DNA of 63,880 bases from Stegostoma tigrinum (taxonomy: Eukaryota): NCBI RefSeq assembly GCF_030684315.1, contig NC_081367.1:42195973-42259852 (forward strand). Direction: 5' to 3'. Positions 24,830 to 38,003 of this stretch are shown here, piece by piece. The position numbers and the translations under genes are program-made. The first letter of the stretch is position 1, and each line of letters opens with the position of its first letter. The notes under the pieces were generated by a model. It saw only the letters and a list, made by a program, of their open reading frames with translations, did no database searches and was not told the DNA's origin.

Positions 24830-25965
24830 TTTTTTTCAAAGAGGTAATAGAGAATTTTCATGCGTGAAAAGCAGCGAATGTTGTCTATATAGGTTTAAGA
24901 AAGTATTTGATATATTACTACATAAAAAGCTAGTTAACAAACTTGAGGCTCATGGAATAAGAAACTCGATGTCAGCATAGATAGCAGTATGATCTTAAGG
25001 ATGGAAACCTGCAAGTCATTGAACATTGCTTTTCAAATTGTAGGTTAGTTGTGTTCTTCAAGGGTCAATGCTGCATGAATGGCTTGTATATCAGCATACA
25101 AAATAGCATTTCAGAACGTGCCAATAATTCTAAACTTGAAGGTGTGACTCACAGTCACGATGACACTAATCAACAGCAACAGGATAGAGCTACATCAGCA
25201 GAATTCCCAGCCAAATGGCAGATTGAATTTTAAACAAAAACTGTGAAGTGATGCACTTTTGAAAAAGGAACTGGAGAAGCAATGGAAACTTAATGGGCCA
25301 ATTCTGAAGAGAGCACAGGGACAGAAGGTCCTGGAGATTCATATGCATCAACCTTTGAAGGTGACAAGACACAATGAGAGAGCAGTTAGTAATTATGTCG
25401 GGCCAAAGCTAGACTATTGCATAAAAGTTTTGGTCATCACACCCGAGAACTTATGTGAAGATCCTTGATGGGATGCAAAGGATATTTACTGGAATGCTTC
25501 TAGGGCTGAGGGTTTTCAGTTACAAGAGTATGTTGGAGAAGCTCGGATTGTTTTCCTTGGTGGAAGTGAGATTTGATAGAGGTGTATACAGTTATGACAA
25601 GTTTAGATAAAGGAGGGGGAAAAAGCTGCTCCAATTAGCTGATGGTGCAAGGAGTAGGGCACAAATTCAGGAGTTTAGGCAAGAGATTCAGGGAGATGTG
25701 AGAAAGATTTTAACTCAGTTATTAGTAGTGATCTGGAATTCATTCCATATGTGACTGGTGAATGTAGAGACAACGAATGATTCAAAAAGGAAATGATATG
25801 GAAACTTGACAAAGTAAACATACACTGTTCCAAGCAAGTGGGGAGTATTGTATCACGTTCCTTACTTATGCCTTGTAGATGTGTTAGAGCATTGAAATGG
25901 GACCCATTGCTTTACATAAAGCCAGCGTGGACTTGATGCACCTAACGGTGTCTTGCGGTGCCAAG
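24830..25965 (+). mobile_element. Degraded CR1 LINE (RT to 3' end)
   Basis: Remnants such as KWQIEF, LDYCIK and LEKLGLFSL, with many stops. Confidence 0.75.
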
Positions 25966-26129
25966 ATTAATCTATCACTTTCAGAATAGTATAAATATGT
26001 AGGATCAGCAGTAGGACTAAAAGGAAAAATGTTTCAGAGCCCATGTATGGTAGAATTGAATTAAAATTGACATGTGATATTTTTAACCTGGCCCACTTCA
26101 ATAATGCAATCATTTCAAACTCACATGCT

Positions 26130-27470
26130 TTTTTGTATATATTGCTCATGGGACTAGGCCAGCACTGACTTGGCCCGTATTTATTTCCCACCTCTAGTTA
26201 CTTTTGAGAAAGTGATGATGAGCTGCAGTCCATGTGCTACAGGGAGATCAATAATGCCATAATGGAGGGTATTCCAGGAATATGATCTAATATCTCTGAA
26301 GGAATGGTGATACATTTCAAAGTCAGGACAGTGAATGCCTTGAAGTGGAACTTGCAGATGGTGGTGCTGTCATGCATCAGCTGCCCTTGCCCTTCTGATG
26401 GAAGTGGTTGTGGATTTGGAAGGGGATCGTTGGTGAATTTCTGCAGTGCATCTTATAGATAGTACACACTGCTGCTATTGAACATTGGTGATGGAGAGAG
26501 TAGATGTTTGTGAATGTGGTGTCAATCAAGTGGGCTGCTTTGTCCTGGATGTGAATCTTCTTCAGAGTTGTTGGAGCTGCACTCATCCAAGCAAGTGGAG
26601 GGTATTTGATCATACTCTCAGTTGTGTTTATAAATGGGTGGACACGCGTTGGGAGTCAGGAGGTGAGTTACTTGCTGCAGTATTCCTTTCTTTGATTGCT
26701 CTTGTCACCACTGCATTTAAATAGCAAGTTCAGTTCAGTTTCTGGTTAATGGTAAACCCCAAGATGTTGATTTTGGGAAATTCAGGGATGATAATGCCAT
26801 TGAATGTCATAGGGTGATGGTTAGATTATCTTTTATCAGAGATGGTCATTGGCACATTTGTGACGTGCATGTTACTTGCCACTTTTCAGCCCAAGCCTGA
26901 ATGTTGTCCAGGTTGGTTGCCTATGAATATGGAACTGCTTCAGTATCTGAAGAGTTGTGAATGATGATGAACATTGCACAATCATTGGCCAACATCCCCA
27001 CTTCTGACCGTATAAAGGGCAGGAAGGTCATTGATGAAGAAACTAGAGATGTTTCAGCCCGGACACTACCTGCAGAGGTGTCCTAGAGCTGAGATGACTG
27101 ATCTCCAACAATCATTAGCATCTTCCTATGTGCCAGATATGATTCCACCAGTGGAAATTTTTTCCCCAATTCCCATCAATGTCAGTTTTGCTTGGGCTCC
27201 TTGATGCCACACTCGGTCAAATGTAGCATGGATGTCAAGGGCTGACACCCTCACCCCCACCCCCCTCTGGAATTCAGCTCTTTTGTCTGCTTGAACCAAG
27301 GCTGTAATGAGGTCAGGAGCTGAGTGGCCCAGGCAGAATCTAGACTGGGTGTCAGTGAACAGGTTATTGCTGAGCAATTGTTGCTTGATCGTTCTGTTGA
27401 TGACACTCCCCATTGCTTTACCAATGATTGAGATTGGCTGGCTTGGATTATATTGGGATTTGGAACTTCT
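26130..27470 (-). mobile_element. CR1/L2-group LINE RT fragment
   Basis: GHSAPDLITALVQ..ALDIHATFDRVWHQG and WMSAAPTTLKK..IQDKAAHLI. The 3' tail is shared with the SINE at 46885. Confidence 0.85.
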
Positions 27471-28288
27471 CATGCTCAAATAGTGTCATTAGATTGTGTG
27501 AATTAATACATTCACAATGTAGTAGAAATAAATCAAATTAAAAGAAGAATTTAGAAAAATTGTCAAATACACTTTAACTGGGAAATCTAGATGGGAATAT
27601 TAATAAATTACACACAGTTAAAAATTTACACCACAATGATAACAGCAAAAAGGATGTAGGGAACTAGCTTTTGGAAGAATGATACCTTGACTGATACATT
27701 CAAAAATGTGTGCTGTAATCTGTCGGATATCTTCAGTTTATTGCTTTCATGGAAAGTTAGCAAATACATCCCAACTGTTTTAAAATATATTCTCCATATG
27801 AACCCTTGATGAGACTAACCTGATTGTTCTTAAATGTTTTACCCAGAGTTGTAATATTGTTTATCTCGCAGGAAACAGTTTTTTGGGGATTTGCCTCTTA
27901 GAAAAGCAACACAACGCATGATCCATTTTGTTTGGTTGTTTAATATTTTTGGGCAAGTCTTTGTTAATGTAACTTGTCTGTAGTTGGTGATCAAAGCTAC
28001 CCATTTCTCATTATAGTTCCATGTAATGTATTTTAGAAATAACCAAGGGCCAGAAGACTGCGAGTGCAATTTTTGTCAGCATAAATTCAAGAGTAAAGTG
28101 TGGTGTTACTGATTATAATCAATCTGACACTGAAACAGCAAGCAACATTGCTCACCCACACATAAATGAGATCTCAATGTGATATTCACTTTTTGTACAG
28201 CTAATTGCTGGAAGGAGCACGGAGAGGAATATAATTTGTGTCTATAAAGCAAAGGGTAAACTCACCTGATAAGTTTTTTGAATTATAT

Positions 28289-29332
28289 TGTTACAATCGG
28301 GTGACGAGAGCTTGATGGGCTCCTTCCTCTTCTTTCTCTTTCCTTGACCACAACAGCCACTTTTTAAGATAAGACTATCGTTGCCAATTTATTATCTACT
28401 AAACTATTTATATGCTGTGACAATAAATAATTAGTCAAAAGGTTTTTCTTGAGCTTTAACAAAGAAGTAGCTTAATTTTATAATGCTAAAACAAACCTGA
28501 TAAAAAGTAGTGAAAACAAACTCCGACTTTCACACACACACACATACACTTACATCTGAAGTTCAAATACATGAATACAGGTGACAGAGTAGGGGAGAAT
28601 AGATCTGGCCAAGCTGTATTCTGTAAAAAAAAGTTCACATCTCATAGCCTGGAGTGTCTATCAGCTGCAAGCAGACTCTAATGGCCTCATTCTCAGTACC
28701 CAGGCAGTTTAAAGCTGTAGCTGAGCTTTAATCTTCCTGAAGATGCTGCACTAAAATTGAATTCTTCCTCTAAAAAGCCTCTGGCTACTGCAAAATGGAG
28801 ACAGGGTCAAATTAGTAGTCATAGTTGAAGCTTATTAGTTGGATGGAGAATGTAATAGAGAAGATGATTCACTTAAACCAAACTGCTGGGCCACTTCTGC
28901 AGAGAAAACCAAGTGCTGAACTACGCAAAAGATCTCTCTCCAAATGCTGGTAATTTGAACATAATTGCATATTCCAAATGTAACTTGTTTGCTTCAAGAC
29001 AGGGATACCCAAGCAATCAGCGTTTGCATGGTTCATCTTAACTTGTTGAATATTGTAGGTAACATCCAGAGATGCTTTATTGATAATGAAAGAAGAAAGA
29101 TTGTTAACAATCCCCAGGGGAGCCACCTTCCTTGATAAATTTTGCAGACTTGCTGTCTCCTCCCAGGAGGTTTGGAATTTGGAAAATATAGTAAATTAGA
29201 GTCAGCGATCTATTCATGAGTTGAAGCTTCTTGTATCAACAAAAAAAAAACTGTCAATTTAAAAAGTCAAAATTTATGCATCCAGCCAGCGAACAAAAAA
29301 TCAATATTCAATATTTGCACATCTTCATAACA
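28289..29332. mobile_element. Probable solo LTR (~1.04 kb)
   Basis: TGTTA...TAACA inverted termini; flanks ATAT/GTAT (4 bp TSD with one mismatch). Confidence 0.45.
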
Positions 29333-32300
29333 GTATGGACACCTGTTTGCAAAACAGTCCATGCAGCAAAATATATAAAATGATGTTATGGCCAAGCTAT
29401 CAGAGTACACTTATTTAAGTTGGTTTTTACTCTGGTTGCTTGAAATACCTCATTAATTGGAGTGAAGAGAATAGTCACGGACCCGATCAGTCGCAAATTC
29501 AAGATGTTTCTCATATTTGCATTCTATTGAAGAGAGTCAGAGCCAGAGACCCTCCTCCCTCCCACCAAATCAACATGGCTGAACATCCATGAACAAACTC
29601 CTTACTTCTGGGTTACGTATGGAAATCACTCCTACTGAGTTCAAACACCACATGTAGGATTTGCTAATTATTGTAAACAAGCACTTTCTCTGATTTTGGG
29701 GACAATTGCAATACGTGGACAATACACACAGAGGTATAGCTGCCATTTATCAAAGTTGGCTGCCATAATTGTCACTCATCAGTTCCCATTGTCTCATTCA
29801 GCCATGGACATTGCTGATGGAAACATAAATGATCATGCATGTAACCATTACTATTAATAATAAATTATGTTAAACTAACTGCTTTAGAATCAGAGGCATA
29901 ATAAATATTTTTATCATGTCCAAACAACACCTAAAAATCTCTGGAAATGGTTTTCAAATAAAAATACTGTATCTTTTACATTGAAAATTTCCATTCTGAA
30001 AATATCTCAACACTGAACTTGTTTCAACTAAATACTAACAGACACACCACATAATTGGTTATTCATAATATCAATGCAGAGCTTAAAAAAGATCAAAGTT
30101 ACATCATGCTGTGAAATAGCAAGTTCACAGTGAACAGTGAACATAACTATGACTTTTTTAGCTGGTAACAAAGTTCTGCTGCAATTCAGCACAGCAATGC
30201 ATGCTGCCTAGATCAGCAAATCAGCTTGTCATAGTACTGCAAGGATTCTAATTCAGGAAAAGGGGGCATGGTTCATTGTGGAAACTGTGCTGATTTTAAC
30301 TGGTACATTTCCATCACAATGTAGCTTTCATGATGCCAGTTCTATAAAGTAAAATAAGTAAAAATCAATTTTCAAGACCATTAGCTCTAACTTTCTGAGT
30401 GAATTTGTATTAAACAGTGAAAGCATAGCTCCACTTGGTCCACAGCATTAAAATTGGACTCTCTGCCTTTTGCCATTTTGATTGGCAAGTAATGTGTTTC
30501 TTGTAAAATTACCTTTTAAAAGTTCAAAAAAGAAACAACGTACAGTTCCTGTTTGGTTAATCTGACTGAAACTTTGATTGATGCTGTTCCACAAATCAAT
30601 TGTTTTGAGCTGTTCTGTACTGGTCCTGTCTAGAATCTTGATCAGGATAAAAGAATGTTTTTGTCAGTAATTTTAGAGTTGCAATTTAGAAATCATAGTT
30701 CGTTAAATAAAACAGGCTGAACTTATGATCTGCTGACAAATGTTAATATAATGTTGTTATATTTGTCTCAGGGGTGTACTCCATAGCTCCGTGAAGCAGA
30801 GTTTAATTTTGAATAATGCTGATCCATTCTTGTCACTATAGTAACAGCTTATCCTCTTCCAATCTGTTACCATCATTATACTTTCTTGCTGTTGAGATGC
30901 TGATGTCCTTTCGTACCTGAAAAACACCTAACTTATGTACTTAATAACTTGGCAGAATGAATTTCTCCTTAAAGATCTTAGACACTCCTTTAGGAGAGTT
31001 TTGGGGCAAGTCAAATGTCTGGGACAACCTGTCCTAAAGGCTCAATTTTACAGCCTACACCAACTACTGCTAACACTTCTACCTCAGTGTGATTTGTTGC
31101 AATATGAATAATCTTAAGTACTTTCCAAGCCTCTCCATTTTGCCAATAACTTTCTCCTCTCCCTGTGCTTCTTCACAGTTTGTTTGCTATATATTCTATA
31201 AGCAGTCCTTCACATCTCCAGCTTACCAAATTTCCAAATTTGTCCATCATCACAAGTTATTAAATGTGATTATCTGGTGACATCGCTCATTGTTGCTAAT
31301 GTGGGAGGTGCAGTGTACAAAGTACTGCCTGGGAGGGGAATCAGGATGGGTAACCACATAATATTTAAAAAATACATGCATGTCATAACACTCAAGATTA
31401 TGTGCCTAGTGCTGAAACGTGGGGCTGATATAGATAGTGGTGTCTTTTTGAGTTCTCTCAATAAGTTAAAGGACCTCTTCTGTACTGTATGATTCTATCA
31501 TTTTAACCTATTTGCCATGTTTCCCCAGTTAGAGACAGGAGTTAATTGGCTGTGAAACACTTTAGGATCTTATGAGGTGATCAAAGGTGACAAATGAATG
31601 TTTGGCTGTTCCTTTGTTCCCTTAATGCCTCCTTCTGTACCATTAAAAGAAATTCGAAGTGTAATAAATTTAATTTAGCTTGCTGTGGAACTCCACAAGT
31701 AATGAAGCATTAATGGCAGACCAGTTGTCAGAAATAATGTAAATATTTGAATTGGAGGAGGAGCAGTAGAAAAAATTGCATTCTAATACATTTATATCAA
31801 GGAATACAGCAATTCCTTAACCATGACAGCAGCATTGTTTGGTGTTTATCTCCCACTGAAGGCCAAGGAGTGAGTGTTGCCTGATCCAGCTTGACAAATG
31901 GCCTTTACTTTTATGAGATTAGAATAAAGTTAGATTTTAGTTTAAGCTTCAATATCAAGATGGTGGCAGAGTGAGAAGCTCTAGGTGGAGTGCCTCTGCT
32001 CCACCTCCTTTTTTCCTTTCTTTCTCTTTTTTTTGAATCTTCCACATTTTACTTATCAGAGGAGAATGGTGGAGAGTGAAGGGAGCTGGCACGGGGGCAG
32101 CAAGTCCATGTGAGTCCTAGAGGCAAGACCCAGGCCAGGCCGGCACAGAAACAGCAAGTCCAGGCAAGCTCCAGAGGCAAGGCCCAGGCCAGGCCGGCAT
32201 GGAGGCAGTTCGTCCAGGCAAGGCACAGAGGCAAGGCCCAGGGCAGGCTTGCACAGGGGCAGCAGCTCAAGGCAAGTACCGGAGGCAAAGCCCAGACCAG

Positions 32301-32403
32301 GCTGGTGTGGGAGGTGATGACTCCAGGTGAGACCCTTTATTCTTATGTTGAACTTTTATTTATGCTCTCTCAAGTCTGTAAAACACGTACTTATGTATCC
32401 TGT

Positions 32404-32540
32404 AAAACCAAAAGAACTGCGGATGCTGTCAATCAGGAACAAAAACATAGTTGCTGGAAAAGCTCAGCAGGTCTGGCAGCATCTGTGGAGGAGAAAACAG
32501 AGTTAACATTTCGGGTCCAGTGACCCTTCCTCAGAACTGA
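32404..32540 (-). mobile_element. PLE terminal repeat, family B
   Basis: Same sequence as the arms at 55600-56030. Weaker copies at ~43465-43560 and ~57890-58000. Confidence 0.8.
32501..32538 (-). ncRNA. Minimal type I hammerhead ribozyme candidate (family B)
   Basis: AGUU-CUGAGGA-A-GGGUC(ACUG)GACCC-GAAA-UGUU-AACU: helix I AGUU/AACU, 5-bp helix II, GUU triplet. Confidence 0.7.
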
Positions 32541-34399
32541 GTGTTCTCAGAACTCAGAACCTAGGTACCATGTGTCTAAGGGACGTGACATTACAAACTT
32601 TTCACTGCATTCATCTGAGTGCTCGTGACAATAAAGGCTAATTCTAATTCTAATTAGGATACCTGCAAGCTTCTGAATAATTTAATTCACCCTTGCTAAA
32701 TGAACCTTTAAGGAAGATTTCAGATAGTGTTATGCACTAAAGGATCTGTTGTTAAAAAGTCAAAATTCTGGGGTGGAGTCAGGTACACGAATAGCTAACA
32801 TATATGAAAATATGTAATTAGAGCTACTGAGCAATTTAAACCACAAATCATTGGTGCACTCACTTCCAGAACATAATAAGTAACCTCCGTGGTCCATGTA
32901 TCAGTAAGTTGTGCGTTCATATCTAGTCCAGAATTTTGAGCACAAATTGAGGCCAATACTCAGGTGAGGTACTGAGGGAATGCTGCACTACTGGAAGCTG
33001 TCATCTTTTCGATGAGATGTGAATCTGTAGCCCTGTTCATCTATTGTGATGGATGTATTAATTCACATGGACTGTCTTTTGTTGAGCTATTGGGGATCTC
33101 ACCAACTGGGATCCCACCAGTTCCACGAGGAAGTTTGATGGAATCAAATGCCTGTCAGGCACTTAACAGATATCATTAGGCATCCTTGGGTCTTCCCCAT
33201 AGTCGAAGATCCCAGCAGTGGAAATCTCACCAGCAGCTGTGCTTTGCTATCAGTACCAGTGGCTGGACAGTTTATGAGGCAAGTTTAATAAGAAATAGCC
33301 TGCTGTGAAGAAACTCAGCAAAAAAAAACTAGTGCTACTGGCACTTCTCCAAAAGAACACAGGATTCAGCCCGGAGTGTTAGATCTAGCAGTAATCAGAG
33401 CTCAGAGGTTCTACTATTGAGATTATTGTTATGCTAAATCCCAAGTTAGGTGACAGATAAAAGCAATTTTACTTCCCACGCAGTATTCACAGCATAATTC
33501 CTCTATTTATAATTATTTCCTTATCATCAGTCTAAATGCATCTCCTTTTTAAAAGACGGTGGCTGTCATTAACTGACATCAGAGACTAGTTCCCAAACAG
33601 GTAACAGTATCTATACTGCAGGCTGCACGCCAGATCCATGACAACCAGCAGGCACCATAAATAATGTGTTGCCTGAGACACTGATAGGCATGTCCAGAGT
33701 GCATGCTACTCCTTCTGTGCCTGAATTTCGGGGCAGAATTGAATTTATAGGCCATAATTATTATGTGGTTTTCATCAACTATCATTGTTGCAAAGTCTTC
33801 AAATGATGTTTGTTTGATGTAACAGAACTGGGGTTTCCCAATAAATATTGGGATTTTCTAATAAACCTCTTCATGATTTAAAATTAAATCCCTAATAACT
33901 TCTGGGGACTCTTATACATGAAGTTAAATTAATGGACTGTTGCTTTTTTCAACTATCCTCTTCTAGTCAATTGGATTAATCCCAGACTTCAGTGAGCTGT
34001 TACTTGAGCTGGTGGCTTGCAATAATAAAGCTGGCATTACTTTCAGCACTTGAGAATTGATATCATCAGTGTGAGCATCCTGATTTGTCTTAAGAAACCT
34101 GGTTTGCACGGATTACTTCTGTACTTCTTTTCTTTTCCGTTTTTCTTTTCCCTCTCCTATTTCACATGTGCCATTCCTATTCTGATTGACGACACTTCTC
34201 CAACGCTTCCTGTCAGACATGCATTCCTCTTCCAATCCCACTTTGTTTAATCTTTCACCATGTTCCCAACAGTGTTAGGCCCTCTTTTACCTTTTCCCAG
34301 TCCTATATCCTTCGATTGCATTGCCAATTTCCTCTTTCTTTCTACAACAGATGATTGTACCACTTCAGTATCTTATGTCCTATTTTCCTTAATCCTCCC

Positions 34400-34990
34400 A
34401 CAATCTTCATTGATCTCAAGTGTTGATTTTTGATTTTGTCACTAATTCTCATTACTCTACACATCCATCATAGCACCCTTGTCATATTAGTAATATTTAT
34501 CATTACTCTGTTCTTGATGTTGTCCTTTTTCAACTTTATAATAAAGCATTCTAATAACTGTTTTCAAGTTTCTCTCTTTCAGTTTCAGTGATTCTTTTCT
34601 ATCTCTGCAATGCCCTTCTTCAAATTACTCCAGACAGAGCTAATCTATTCTTAATTACCATTCCCATACTTTAATCTTTTGCCACAAGTGACTCCCTGGT
34701 TTGTAATACTATTCATGTTCTCCAAGTCTTCACATATAATTTCTACATATTAACCCCTATCCTCTTCTCTAGGCTTAAGTTGACAGTGCATATACCAGCC
34801 CTGGATCTACTTATTATCATATCCCGGTCTTTCAGTCTTTTACTAAAGTTGTCCAGATACTTTGTCATGTTCTCATCATTCCTAACACGTAGTTCAATGT
34901 CACCTGCAAACATGATCAATCATGGCATTTCCCATCTCATTTGCTCCCATAGAGTATTTGTAACTACATTTTAAATGAAGGTGGGGTCAA
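34400..34990 (-). mobile_element. Very old LINE RT remnant
   Basis: Minus strand IMFAGDIEL (FADD-like motif) at ~34900-34920. Confidence 0.35.
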
Positions 34991-35401
34991 AAGAACAGCC
35001 TTGATAATTGAGTATGTTAAAATAACTCACCTTCAGTAATGAAGATCAAATGAAAATTTAAGACCTCAACCATAAAGTAAGACTTCATCAAAGTATGTCC
35101 TGAAAGATCATTCAGAAGGTATATATGGTCCTCAGTGGCTCTATGTCTCCTAAAACAAAAGTCTTGCTGTTGCTGCCAAATTTGCCTTATTCTCCACTGC
35201 TGTTTTGGCCAATCTTTTAGCAGAGTCCTCACTGAATCCAATACCCATCCTCTCGAGAATTATTTGTATTGAATACAATTTTTAAAATCTGCTTTAGTTT
35301 AATGTATCTTTAACAATTCATGCATTTCTACTATACCATTGAGTAACCATTATGGGTCCAGTTAAGAGTCTTGACTCCATTCAATACATTGATGATGATT
35401 A

Positions 35402-37678
35402 GAGCCATAGAGTCATACACCACAGAAACAGCCCCTTCGGGCCAACTTGTCCACGCTAATCAGGTTTCCTAAACTGAACTAGCCCCATTTTCCTGTATTC
35501 AGCTCATATTGCTTCAAATCTTTCCTGTCCATGTACCTGTCCAAATATCTTTTAAATGTTGTAATTGTATCCACCTTCACCACTTGCTCCATACATGCAT
35601 CACGCTCTGTGTGAAAAAAGCTGCACCTCAGGTGCTTTTCAAATATTTCCCCACTCACCTTAAACATATGGCCTCTAGTTTTGGACTCCCCTACCCGAGG
35701 GAAAGACCTTGGTTATTCACCTTATCTATACACATCATAATTTTATAAACTTTGATAAGGTCACCCCTCAACCTGCTATGCTCCAAGGAAAAAAGTCCCA
35801 GGCTATTTAGCCTCTCCTTTCAACTCAAACCTTGCAGTCTCAGTAACATTATTGCAAATATTTATTGCACTAGTTTAATTACTACAGCAGGGTAACCAGA
35901 ACCTACATGGTACTCGAAATGTGGCCTTCCCAATGTTTTGTACAGCAGTGATGTGATGTCGCAACTCCTCTACTCAATGCTGTGACCAATGAAGGCAAGT
36001 GTGCCAAATGCCTTCTTCAACACCCTATCTACCTGCGACTCCACTTTCAAGGAACTATGACACTTTGGTTGGCAACACTCTTCAAGGCCCTACCATTAAC
36101 TATATAAGTTCTGCCCTGGTTTGCCTAACCAAAATGCAACACCTCACATTATTCTAAATTAAACTCCATAGAACATAGAACATAGAACAGTACAGCACAG
36201 AACAGGCCCTTCAGCCCACAATGTTGTGCCGACCATTGATCCTCATGTATGCACCCTCAAATTTCTGTGACCATATGCATGTCCAGCAGTCTCTTAAGTG
36301 ACCCCAATGACCTTGCTTCCACAACTGCTGCTGGCAACGCATTCCATGCTCTCACAACTCTCTGCGTAAAGAACCTGCCTCTGACATCCCCTCTATACTT
36401 TCCACCAACCAGCTTAAAACTATGACCCCTCGTGCTAGCCATTTCTGCCCTGGGAAATAGTCTCTGGCTATCAACTCTATCTATGCCTCTCATTATCTTG
36501 TATACCTCAATTAGGTCACCTCTCCTCCTCCTTTTCTCCAATGAAAAGAGACCGAGCTCAGTCAACCTCTCTTCATAAGATAAGCCCTCCAGTCCAGGCA
36601 GCATCCTGGTAAACCTCCTCTGAACCCTCTCCAAAGCATCCACATCTTTCCTATAATAGGGCGCCCAGAACTGGACGCAGTATTCCAAGTGCGGTCTAAC
36701 CAAAGTTTTATAGAGCTGCAACAAGATCTCACGACTCTTAAACTCAATCCCCCTGTTAATGAAAGCCAAAACACCATATGCTTTCTTAACAACCCTGTCC
36801 ACTTGGGTGGCCATTTTAAGGGATCTATGTATCTGCACACCAAGATCCCTCTGTTCCTCCACGCTGCCAAGAATCCTATCCTTAATCCTGTACTCAGCTT
36901 TCAAATTCGACCTTCCAAAATGCATCATCTGCCACTCTTTGGCCTGTTGTCCCACCTGATCAAGTTCCCCTTGTACTCTGAGGTAACCTCGTTCATTGTC
37001 CACTACACCACCTATTCTGGCATCATCTGCAAAATTACTAAGCATGCCTCCTATATTCACATCCAGATCATTTACACAAATGATGAAAAGCAATGAGCTC
37101 AGCATCAATCCTTATTGCACACTGCTGGTCACAGGCCTCCAGTCCGAAAAGCAACCCTTTACCACAAGCCTCTTGTCTCCTACCTTCAAGCCAATTTTGA
37201 ATCAATTTGGCTAGCTCCTTCTGGATCCCATGTGATCTAATCTTATTAAACATTCCACTGCAGAACCTTATCAAAGCCTTGCTAAATTCCATGCAGACAA
37301 TGTCTACTGCTTTGCCTTCATCTAGCTTTTTGGTCACCTCTTCAAAAACTCAATCAAAAACATTTGTGAGACATGATTTCCCATACACAAAGCTATCCCT
37401 AATCAGTCCTTGCCTTTCCAAATAGATGTAGATCCCATTTCTCAGAAACCTCTTCAAGAATTTACCCACCACTGAAAGCAAGCTTACTGATCTGTAGTTT
37501 CCTGGCTTTTCTTTGCAATTTTTCTTAAATAATGGCACAACATTAACCACCCTCCAGTCTTCCGGCATCTCACCCATGACTACCGATGGTACAAGTATCT
37601 CTGCTGGGGCCTCGCAATTTCCTTCCTACCTTTGCATGATGTCCTGGGAAACATTTGATCAGGGTCAGGGAAATTATC
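35402..37678 (-). mobile_element. CR1 LINE (host copy) running into the gap
   Basis: PEDWRVVNVVPLFKK..PGNYR.VSL, DEGKAVDIV.MEFSKA, LSNFADDARIGG; 3' tail at ~35402-35460. Confidence 0.92.
36170..36925 (-). mobile_element. Younger 5'-truncated CR1 nested in the host CR1
   Basis: Uninterrupted RT C-terminus (LVRPHLEYCVQFWAP..LERVQRRFTRMLPG) and a (CATAGAA)3 tail. It splits the host sequence AAACTCCAT|CTGCCAC. Confidence 0.9.
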
Positions 37679-37832
37679 NNNNNNNNNNNNNNNNNNNNNN
37701 NNNNNNNNNNNNNNNNNNNNNNNNNNNNNNNNNNNNNNNNNNNNNNNNNNNNNNNNNNNNNNNNNNNNNNNNNNNNNNNNNNNNNNNNNNNNNNNNNNNN
37801 NNNNNNNNNNNNNNNNNNNNNNNNNNNNNNNN
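37679..37832. other. Assembly gap (N run)
   Basis: 154 N bases. Confidence 0.99.
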
Positions 37833-38003
37833 TTTCCTTCCTTTAGGGAAGGAAATCTGTCATCTTTATCTGGCCTGGACTACACATGACTCCACACCCA
37901 CAGCAATGTAGTTGACCCTTAACTGCCCACTGAGAATTAAGGATATTCAATAAATGCCGACCTAGCCAAAGGTTCCCATACTCCATGAATGAATTGAAAA
38001 AAT
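37833..38003 (+). mobile_element. 3' half of DeuSINE-like SINE
   Basis: CCTTTAGGGAAGGAAATCTG..TGGCCTGG..GACTCCA.. matches 46885-47225. Confidence 0.7.

Larger units (their letters stand above)
31957..32655 (+). mobile_element. Non-autonomous retroposon with internal 54-bp minisatellite (~32083-32305) and (AATTCT)n tail; hosts a family B PLE end
   Basis: Begins CAAGATGGTGGC; ~4 copies of a 54-nt unit; ends GTGACAATAAAGGCTAATTCTAATTCTAATT. Confidence 0.55.

Noticed and set aside
36257-37108. 283 aa RT-like ORF as a functional gene
   Set aside because: It is a chimera of two CR1 copies, 5'-truncated, with no intact endonuclease or RT N-terminus.
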